From Octopus bimaculoides (lineage: Eukaryota), in contig NC_068998.1 of assembly GCF_001194135.2 (NCBI RefSeq), positions 24,347,636-24,397,640 of the forward strand: 50,005 bases of DNA. The letters are read 5' to 3'. Positions 35,701-45,989 of this stretch are shown here, piece by piece. The notes under the pieces are model-generated. The model was not told the DNA's origin. It made no database searches and saw nothing but the letters and a program-made list of their open reading frames with translations. Within the stretch, counting starts at the first letter, position 1, and each line of letters opens with the position of its first letter. The translations under genes were made by a program, and so were the position numbers.

Positions 35701-37439
35701 CACTTGCTAAATGTGATAATTATACACATTATAAAATAAAGGTATTATATGATATAATCCGCCTACGTGTAAATATATTGTGCTTATATGTACTCAGCTT
35801 ACATTCAAAAAATTTCAAGACAAATATGTAATCTTATACACAAATACTGTTGGCACACATTATAAACAAACTAATCAATAAACATGTACTCTTGTAGACA
35901 ATTTAATCTGTGTTGTAATAGTTTTTATTTTATCATTTAGAAAGTTGAATAGTATTTTACACCAATATCTACAGACTAGACATTCACTCTATTTTTAAAA
36001 TTAACATTTTAAAATCTAAAACACGTAGATCAAGAACAATCACTGATGTTTTCCAACAAGTTTGGAAATTTATTTGCTGTATCTAGAGTTTCATGCAGAT
36101 TTGTTGAAGGGGAATTAAGAAAAAAAATTCCTCAATGCCACATTAATTTCATTCAGCCAAAATTTGTTTACTAAAGTGACACTGAAGACATGCAACTAAG
36201 GTATCTTATTGCTTTATTAATGGAAATCATAGCAGGATGTAAGACAGGCAATGTGTTCTTCTTGGATAATCCTAAATAAATCTGTTGTATAAAGTGAGAA
36301 TCTAGATTGATTTATTCATTTGAAATTCATTAGCATTGAATTGTTCTGCAGGTATGTGCAGAGACTAAAACAATAACAAACCAACAAGGTAGCCTCTACA
36401 TAGTCTAGTCAATTGACTGCATGAAACTGGAACTAACTAACTATCCCTCAAATTGCATTCATTGTCTTCAGAGAGAAATGTTTATATTAGGCAATGTAGT
36501 TCTCCATGATATACACAAAGACAGTCCTAAATGGAATGCTTTCGATTATAGATTTTCTCATTCAGTGCTCACCTAGAGCTCAACAACCACAAATGAGTGA
36601 TAGAGAAATTTCTAGCCTGCAAGTGCAGTGGTATGGTATTCACAAGACAGACATGACCACACAAGCATAAAAACTTCCAACCCCTAGTTTTTAATGAGTT
36701 CTCATATTGTAATTTCTCTTAAACATGAGACTCTTGCCTTTTAGCATTTGAATCTGAAAATTTTTAATCAAACCCCTACACAAATCTTGAGATGCACACT
36801 GGTGCATCTCAAGATTCAGCATATTCTTCCTTCTATGTATGCAGTATTTTTTATTCACTTCATCCAACAACACACTTCTAAACAGTAACCTTGAAAATAT
36901 CCTCAAGTGGAAACCTAACAGTACATTTCTCATCATTAACATCAAAACACAGTCAATGCATTTATCAAGAAAACAATCTGGTCATAACTATATCTTTTAT
37001 ACTCAGGAATACCATAGTTAAATCCCTACACACCCTGGGGCCTGTCATTCTAGATGGTCATCTAAGGCAAAGAGAGTTTCTATGTAGATGCTTCACATGC
37101 TAAACTTATAGCCCAAATTCCCTCAAATCACACACTACTGTCTTAAGAAAATATAGTCATGAATATTTTAAACGACACCACGAATGCTAGTCACTTCTGA
37201 TGACCTCATATCCACAACATAGCAACATGGCAACAACTGCATTCCAATGACTGGATTTAGAAACAGAAAATACTTCAGCTATGAACACTTGATAATACTA
37301 GAGAAATGTCAAGTGAGATTTAAAATGGAGTACATATCTGAAATGGTGCTGCTGTTACACAGATAAATATTCTTGGCTGCATACGCCCTGCCAAAAAAAA
37401 AAAAAAAAAAAGATAAATAAATACATACTATACTAATTG

Positions 37440-38950
37440 TCATAGAGTTGTTCTGTTACACACTGATCCACTGGTAACTGACTCTTCACAATAAGTGAAG
37501 TGCTGCCTAGGAGGTCTAGGAGTGCTGATTGGTGAAAATGGTCTTTGTACTTTCATAGAGAAACAAGGCAGATGTTCTAACCAGAGTAAAAAATGCCTGG
37601 TTAGGAGAACCGGAAGAACCAAAGTGAGGGGTAGCTGTAGCATGTCACATAAATGACTCTAAGTTAAGGAGACTGCATGCCATGCATCATATAGGCATGG
37701 ATAGAACCCTGTATCTCACCAGGAGGATTGATGCTGACGTTACCAGATGAAGCGTCCAAAAGCTGGTCGGGAACTGCAACAGGTGTCAATCCATCAACCC
37801 TGCTCTGGACGTGCATGAGCAGGGAAACATTTCAGTAGAGCACAACTGGAGACGACTAGCAGTGAATATAGCACACTACTGGCAAGGGATGTATCTCTCG
37901 ATGGTCGACTGTAGGCCAGGCCAGATGGCCATTTGGAAGGAATTGAGGGCAGGCACTGCGGACGAGATGGCACATATTCTAAATGAGGTATTCTTATAGT
38001 GGGGCCCAGTGGACAAATTGCTGATGGACAACAGCACAAAATTTGGTTTGGAGGCACTGAAGAAGATTCTTGACAGGTGGAAAGTGCACCACTTTTACAG
38101 GGCAGCATAAAGGCTGAGTGGAAATGGGATCATGAAGAGATATCATCGAACAAATAAGGCCATGGTGGAGAGGGGGACATATCTCGCTGCTGGAAGCAGT
38201 TTTCTGGTACAACATGTCGCTCCAGTCAGGACAGGCTGACGAGTCTGTGCTACATAGGGCGATATTCAGATATGAATGGCAGCATCTGAGTAAACTATTG
38301 AGATGCCCTGTAGGATATAGAGGGCCCATCTTCGTGGAGGTGGGAGATGAAGTTTGGGTCAAACCACGAAAGGTACATTGCACAACTCAGTGGAATAGTG
38401 ACAGCTGTCAATTCCAAAAACAACGTTTCTGTGGATGGAATGCAACGTCATGTCTTAGATGTTCATAGGATTGTTGCTTTTTCGGATTATGATTGTGGAG
38501 AGGAGGAAGAGAGTGAGGTTCCCAGCTTAAGAAGATCATAACGCGCAAGGTGCCCACCCAGGTGGGTGGTAGATTTTGACATGGCATGAAGTGAGGAAGT
38601 GATCTTTGAGATCAGTGGGGCATGTGGAGATGAGCTGGAAGAAGTGGGTCATGATGCCAATGGTCAAGGGACTGACCGGAAGAGGAAGCACAAGAGGGGA
38701 AGTGGGATGAGAGAGGTGAGGGTCAGCTTCTTCTTGCCCACCAAAAGTATCATGAATGGATGTCAGGGAATTCGCTCCCTGGTTGGTTAGATAGCAGCTG
38801 CTTATACTGGGTGACAGGGGTAGGGCAGGATCGCCGGAGAGATTACTACTAGACAGGCGAAGATGAAAGAGAGAGGTAGGTGAACTTCTTTTCATTTCCC
38901 ATGCATGACAGATTGTTAATAAAATTAACTAAACAGTTAACGATATGTCA
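37440..38950 (+). mobile_element. Ty3/gypsy LTR retrotransposon 3' relic: RNase H end, integrase, possible 3' LTR
   Basis: One reading frame gives NKADVLTR (RNase H end), LHAMHHIG...CNRCQ (HHCC), WRRLAVN, LLMDN and GNGIMKRYHRT (DDE core), with in-frame stops. VGDEVWVKP follows. A purine tract plus TG at 38623 may start an LTR whose end is uncertain. Confidence 0.85.
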
Positions 38951-40879
38951 TTAGTATTGTTCTTGTGTATGATATCCATCAATAATTTATCATTATTTTA
39001 AGAAGATAAATATTAGATTGTTGTGCGAATGCTATGCTAAGTAGTATCATGGTATTTCTCACACCTCTAACATATGAGAACTGCTGTATATTTATGAGAC
39101 ATACAAGAAATAATAGTCAAATTTTACTCAAATCTCAATCTGCTGTCTTAAAAAAAAGTAAGTATACTTTAGTCTACAATATACTATGTATAAAAAAAAT
39201 AAGATGGAATGGTCACAGTTAGACTTCTTCTAGTCATAATTTGTATGAATTCTTTCATATATACATATTTGAGTATGCATGTCTGTATCTTGGTCAAGTT
39301 GCGTCCCTTTACATTTAATTTTATGCATAAAATTTTGCCTCTAATTAATTAATTCTAGCTTGACAGAGTTTTGCATACATCAACAAATATATTATTTGTT
39401 GTTTGAATATAAAAATGACAGTTCTTTGTACACAATGAATGAAAGATTTGCTATCTGTAGCTGATAAAATGTAATAATGCAGAAACATGTCTCCTATAAT
39501 CTGATTACATCATTTATAGCCTGGTGGTATTTTCTTTTTTTCAGACACATTCTCTATAAGTTCTCTCCTGAGACACTTTCCACAACAAAGGTTGGTATTT
39601 CTGTGGTTGAGTTTATATGTTAAATATAATTGTACTCACCTATATTTTAGTGATCACCACTCAATTCACCTCTAATTAGATAGAGTTACGATCATGTGAT
39701 GTTTAAATTTGTAAAATGATGTTGAAAATATTTTCTATAAGCACCTCATTTTGGTAATATATAAACATTATATATATGATTACTAAGAAAACTGACATTT
39801 GATAATGATGGTGATGATGACAATGATGGTGATTAAATGTATCTTGGCCCAGAAATTATAGCAATATCTGGAGCAAGATAGCAATTTGTAACACATATTA
39901 CTATAAATATAGTATCTTAGTCACACAGCCAATCAAAGGCTTTTATCTATTTTAACATCACGTCTTTATACACAATTTTAATGCAGCATATAAAAGCAAT
40001 TGAAAAACTATTAAATCTATTTATTGACAGCCCCTCAGTAAAATATATTTTAATAGATCAATGAGTAAAACAGAGAGAATTTCAATGCTCAAATAAGGTT
40101 TAATTGTCAATGCAAAATATTCCTCTATGGATGTAAAGGCTCTAAAGAATTTACTTTGAAGTTTTCCATTTCTTCTTACCTGGCATACTGACAACTATGC
40201 TAAACTATTTTATGAATGTAATTTTCAATTTTATATCTATTTTCCTTTTTTTAAAGTTATTAGATATTATTTATATTTTTATTTATTATCTTTTTCTTAA
40301 ATTTATATTTTTCAGAAAAGGCACTGAGGATTTTTCTCATCATGCCTTTATTCTCAAAGCAATTCAAATGAAATTTCTTTAGTTTATATTTTAAGAATAG
40401 TTTCTAAAAGAGAAATTTATAGCTTCATGCTGAACAGTGCAATAGAAATGTATTGATGTCATCACTAACATAATTAAGTAACATCTTGACTAGGATTAAA
40501 GAAATCTGATGAATCACAGATTTGCAATTTTATAGAAATGGCCTGTTTAACATAATTCTAGATTAAAAATACTCTATATCTATATCTCTTATTGATCCAG
40601 GAAATTAAAATGATAATATTTTGCAAGCAAGTTGCTATTCATATCTTCATTTCAATTACATTGAATTTGTCAAGGTTGTTGTATTTTCCAAGTATTAATC
40701 AATATGCATTAAGTGCCAAGCTAAGTGTGTATATTTATCACAAATAATATAAATAGTTCAGAGCAACAGAAAGCTCCAATAGGAAGGGAAAATATTCATA
40801 GCATTCTTAAGTATTAATAAAATGGAATATTTAATTAAGATTAATAATTTCCCAGGGATAATTATAAAACTCAATTTAT

Positions 40880-41040
40880 ATATAGCTGCTGGTATAGCCA
40901 AGTGGCTGGGAAGGTATCTTCACAATCATATGATTCTGGATTTACTTCTAGTAAGTCAAACCTTCTACTGCAGCCTTTGACTGATCAATGCTTCAGTGTT
41001 TTTGTATAAAATTAGAAGATAAAAACTGTGTGGAAGCCCT
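40880..41040 (+). mobile_element. SINE family A, highly degenerate head/core
   Basis: TAGCCAAGTGG...CTTCTACTGCAGCC...AAACTGTGTGGAAGCCC resembles family A. Confidence 0.45.
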
Positions 41041-41828
41041 TTTTATATATATATTTGTGTATGTTTGCATGTTTGTGTTATAATTATCAGTGTTAAAAAC
41101 GTGTGCCAGGATGCATCCTTTTATACCCAATTTTGTACTTGAAGTTTTCTCAATGGAAAATACATGAAGGCATTTTACATACAAATGTGATTGCATATGT
41201 GACTGTTTACTAATGCAAAAGCATGTATTGAGTTCTGTTCCTTTACATCTAAAAGGTACAAGATGGAAATAAATACTGAGGTCAATATGAACAACTAAAC
41301 CACTAGAAGGGAGTGTATATATATCTATCTGTATGCCTATCTGTCTGTGTTGTAAACATTATTGATTGCACATACTCAATGTATGTGTTTTGTTTGCTGG
41401 TTCACTATAGTAAAGCACCTGAAGGATTTCACTCACTGCCAACATTGAAATGAGTGTTTTAACTGGGTGTTTCCAGATTTTAACACCGGAGTAAAATGTT
41501 ATGAAAATAAGTTACACAGATTGTTATGGTATAACAACAGTTTATTCCAATAAGTAAGGTTTTTTGACACCACTTACTAAGGTAAACTGGAGCATAAATC
41601 TAGGAAAGCATTAAGTATAGCTTTGAAAAATTAAAGTAGTTGTAAAACATGGAATTATCCATTAAACTCCGAATAGAGCATACTCCTTTGAAACGATTGG
41701 CTGGGTCAATAAACATAGTTATTGAGACAGCTAATCTAAACATAAACTGTAATGCTAAATATATTCTAAGCGTAAATTATTACAACTTTATGTTACTGAG
41801 GTGAAGAATTTACATTATGTATATTATA

Positions 41829-42152
41829 CAGAAATAAATTTATTTCTCAAACGCATGATAATGCTATAAATAGCATGATCAGCATAAATTATCCATATAA
41901 TGCAGAAAAATACGTTGCCGGTCACCCATGGGGCTCGAACTCACATCTCTGTGATTACATGTCAAGTGTTTTACCATTAAACCAAACTGCCCAGCAACGA
42001 ATTCTTCTGCAATTTTAGAACTTATAAATTTAGCTTCATAAGACGCTAACGTTAAATGGCCGGCAACGTATTTTTCTGCCTTATATGGATAATTTATCCT
42101 GATCCCGCTATTTATAGCATTATCACGCATTTTAGAAATAAATTTATTTCTG
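41829..42152. mobile_element. MITE-like element: 96-bp TIRs, TA flanks, tRNA-like cassette inside
   Basis: 41829-41924 and 42057-42152 are inverted repeats (88/96 identical); TA|CAG...CTG|TA ends. Confidence 0.85.
41920..41992 (-). pseudogene. tRNA-like Pol III cassette (not a functional tRNA)
   Basis: 73 nt with A box TGGTTTAATGG and B box GAGTTCGAGCC at tRNA spacing and a T-arm GTGAG/CCCAT. Acceptor and anticodon stems are mispaired and the anticodon is ambiguous (TGT or GTA). TTTTT lies about 10 nt downstream. Confidence 0.7.
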
Positions 42153-42249
42153 TATCTTACAATACGTCTCAACGCTTCTAAAAAAGAACAAACTTTGTTT
42201 GTAAAGTTGAATTATGTATATTGTTTATATTAGTCAGATTGGTGTCCTT

Positions 42250-42497
42250 ACCTTGGTTGTTGCTCTCCCTACACTTCGGCTGTTGTATGCTCCAGTCTTC
42301 TGCAGGTATCTTGTGATGAACTCGGTTGTTGTATCAGGATTTCAAATCTAAACTTTTATTTTATCTATGGGGGTACATTCTCTGCATTTTGTGACATTTT
42401 TGCTTCAGTTAATCTTTTGTGAATTATCTTAGTTTTTTGTCTAGGATTGAACTTAGAACCTCTATGTGACTGCACTGCCTCACTGAATGACTATCTT
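42250..42497 (-). mobile_element. short element family D (tRNA-like head, hammerhead-like tail), copy 1
   Basis: Minus strand B box AAGTTCAATCC; colinear with copy 2, including an identical ATACAACAACCGAGTTCA; tail CUGCAGA-A-GACUG-loop-CAGCC-GAAGUGUA. Confidence 0.7.
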
Positions 42498-42500
42498 CTA

Positions 42501-42775
42501 TGATATGCCCATTGGTTAATGCAATCACCTAGATGTTCTGAGTTCAATGCCAAGTAAGGCACTTAGATAATTCACAAAAAAAATCAACTGAAGCAAGAAC
42601 GTCACAAAATTCAGAGAGCAGAATGAGAACAGTGTATTCTTGTGGATCAGATAAAAGGTTAGGTTTGAAATTCCAATACAACAACCGAGTTCAATAGAAG
42701 ACATCTGAAGAAGGCTGGAGTGTAGAACAGCTGAAGTGTAGTGAAAGCAACAGTAAAAACTAATATAAACAGTAT
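42501..42775 (+). mobile_element. short element family D (tRNA-like head, hammerhead-like tail), copy 2
   Basis: TGCCCATTGG A-box-like and GAGTTCAATGCC B-box-like; tail CAU-CUGAAGA-A-GGCUG-loop-CAGCU-GAA-GUGU-A-GUG (42702-42743). Confidence 0.7.
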
Positions 42776-44724
42776 ACATGAAGTGCAAACTGTGAAATTA
42801 GAAATATATTATCTACAGATGCAGTGAAGGTGAATACAAGAAACACTGCCACAATTTACATATAGGAAAAAAATCGTAGTATAGTGGAAAGAATGGTAAT
42901 GGGAAAACAATCATAGTATTGTGGAAAGAATGGTAGTGTACTGGCAGGATTATATAAAAGCAAAATACTGTCAATAGTCTACCAACAGGCAAATGAGAAA
43001 TGTAATAGCTTGATCAAGAATATTGAAGTAAAAATTCAATAATGTTACTCATATAAGGTCAACAGAGGAAGCTATAATATATCCAGTGGTCTCTACAATT
43101 GGTCAGTAACAATTTGAATTAAGGTCATAATTTTAAACCGTTGCAATCAATAAAAATAAACAAATTGTAACTATTCATAAATAAATTGTAGTATTCCCTA
43201 GACCATCACTCTTTTGCCTACGGATCTCGTAGCCCCAAGATGGTAGATATTATACTTTTAATATAATGGGCTTCTAGACTTCTTTTGTAAGCCATTTTGT
43301 CTTTCCTATTTCTTCTCCCCTTTGTTTATATTGAGTGCTCTTGTTTTTTTACTCTGATGAATCTCTGAGCCTTAATCCGAATGTCCTAGGAAGATGAAGA
43401 ATTTCATTTTCACAATTATTTATTTGTTATGTCACCTATTTGTTGTACCATGTTTTGTATTAAAAAATAAGCTATACACGTGGTCCAATCGATGTGTTTA
43501 TTAATCTGAGGTTTTCTCCATTTTCTGATTATTTGCATTTATTTCCTGATAAACTCTTGTTTATCCTGGTCTTTCCTGCACTCTACATGCATAGTATACC
43601 TGCACACCAATGCCCGGAGATAACATAGGTAATGGATACCGATAGTACATACGGATATTTTATCCCTTAGTCAGTTATTATAACCACTAACTCTGTTTAT
43701 ACTTGACATACATATATATATATATATATATATATCAGCATATGTGAATTGCTTTGTGTTAAGAGCTTACACACACGTATGATAAAATTTAGATGCATAA
43801 AACAAATATTTTGATAGAAACATAAAAATAAAAATGTCAATGTTCAGAATCATTGAACAAAGAACTTCCAAGAACTGTCAGAAATAAATAAACAAAATAC
43901 AAGCTTTTACACACACAACACACACACAGACAACACATATAAAGATGCAATCTACTTGTATGCATAGAAACTACACAACACAAAAGTACACAACAAAACC
44001 ACACACCATCAATCCAAATGTTATAAACTATAAACATTGAAGAGAAATGCAAAGCAATCGGTTTGTGAAAAAATTGGAGCAGATGAAAACACACCATTGA
44101 TAATAACATTGATTGTAACAAAAGAACCTTGACGAATCAACTGATTAATTTATTGATCAAGCGAGTGATTAGTTAATTAGTTAACTACGATCTTGATAAT
44201 AAAAGTAAAAATTGAAATACAACCAGTACATACAAATATCAGAGAAACCCCTCTTCTTCAATGTACATGTAAATCTGTTTCAATGCAAAGTTTAACATGA
44301 AGAACGTTTCAAAATATGCTATCTATCTGTCTGTTTGTCTGTTTATCTATTTATTTATATGCTTGAGGGCATGTGGACTGGTGATTAAGATGTACTGATG
44401 ATCGTTAGATTGTGGATTTGATTTACGCTCCAGGTGGTACATTTGTTCTTGAGAAAATCACTTCATCTCAAGTTGGTTTGCAATTGGTCTGACATCTAAT
44501 GTGTGGCACACCATACACTGTACAGGCAGTCTAGATTTGATGGAGGGAGTCATCTTATGTGCAGTATAAAGATTAAATCAATATAAACTCATCCATGCAG
44601 GTTATTCAACAACAATTGCAGAATTGTCTTTCTTGGATCAAGAGACTACCATGATACATATATATATATATATCATCATCATCATTTAACATCTGTTTTC
44701 CATGTTGGCATGGTTTATATATAC

Positions 44725-44797
<73 letters not shown>

Positions 44798-44952
44798 TGT
44801 ATCTGCATGTGTATACATACATTCATACATATATATATATACTAGACACGGCATAGATAATGACCATTATTTATGCCTTGTCATGTATATCAATGTGCAA
44901 AAACCAGTATAACTGGGAACACAACTATGTATTTACAATTTAGAATAGTGAT

Positions 44953-45176
44953 AAGGTGGTGAGCTAGCAGAAACATTAGCATGGCAGGCAAAATGCTTAG
45001 TGGTGTTTCGTCTGTCTTCGTGTTCTGAGTTCAAATCTGCCGAGGTCAACTTTGCCTTTCATCCTTTTAGGCTCAATAAATTAAGCACCAGTTGCAAACT
45101 GGTACAATCTAATCGACTGCCCCCCCCCCCCCCAAAAAAAAATTTCGGGCCTTGTGCCTAGAGTAGTAAAGAATAT
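44953..45176 (+). mobile_element. SINE family C copy
   Basis: GGTGGTGAGCTAGCAGAAAC head; GAGTTCAAATCTGCCGAGGTCAACTTTGCCTTTCATCC; TAGAATAG repeated on both flanks as a possible TSD. Confidence 0.85.
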
Positions 45177-45330
45177 AGAATAGGGAATAACTATAACCTC
45201 AGATCTAGCCACAAGTATACTTGGAGTTCTTTACTAATCTAAACGATATTGTAAGCACAGTGTACTAACAGAAAGCATATAAAGTATTTTACCCAGATTG
45301 ATAATCCCTCGCAAATAACTAATATATATG

Positions 45331-45361
<31 letters not shown>

Positions 45362-45626
45362 ATACCAAACTAAGGAAAGAAATTCCTTTAAATGGATTTG
45401 TACAACATCAAATCCAATGGTATGTCAGTTGAATGCCACAGAAACAGGGGCATATAAATAAATTGTTAGATTGTCAAATGAACTTCTCTATTTAATGTAT
45501 TGTTTATATATATATATATATTTATTCATTTAAACAATAAATTAGAGAGATTCAAATGACAATCTAACGATTTATTTATATATGTATATGTATATATACG
45601 TATATATGTGTGTATAGATATATATG

Positions 45627-45627
<1 letters not shown>

Positions 45628-45709
<82 letters not shown>

Positions 45710-45755
45710 NNNNNNNNNNNNNNNNNNNNNNNNNNNNNNNNNNNNNNNNNNNNNN

Positions 45756-45802
<47 letters not shown>
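45628..45802. repeat. compound (CT)n(TA)n-gap-(TG)n microsatellite
   Basis: Direct reading. Confidence 0.9.
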
Positions 45803-45804
<2 letters not shown>

Positions 45805-45854
45805 TGATGGACACATAGTGGTACATAAAACCAAATCAGAAAACTTTTTTTATT

Positions 45855-45898
45855 TATGTACCCGAAGAGTCCCAGAAAGGGTCGAAACATGTCTCATA
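45855..45898 (+). ncRNA. hammerhead-ribozyme-like motif (U4C variant) followed by AATAAA
   Basis: CCGAAGA-G-U-CCC-AGAAA-GGG-U-C-GAAAC-AU-GUC-UCAUA: palindromic ACAUGU stem III, GUC triplet, imperfect stem I; AATAAA at 45902-45907. Confidence 0.45.
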
Positions 45899-45989
45899 CC
45901 CAATAAAATATTTTCTCCTTCCATCTATTTTATTAATGCTGTTACCCCAACCGCCACTGCGAAGTTCCTGCAATAAATCTTTTGGAGTT

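Noticed and set aside
37394-37411. Poly(A) run as the end of a processed pseudogene
   Set aside because: No upstream ORF, AATAAA signal or TSD supports it.
41920-41992. Functional tRNA gene
   Set aside because: Acceptor and anticodon stems mispair, the anticodon is ambiguous, and it lies inside a TIR element. Kept only as tRNA-like.
41879-42172. 97-aa ORF across the MITE
   Set aside because: It runs through the inverted repeats and tRNA-like cassette, has no recognisable domain, and is best explained as chance.
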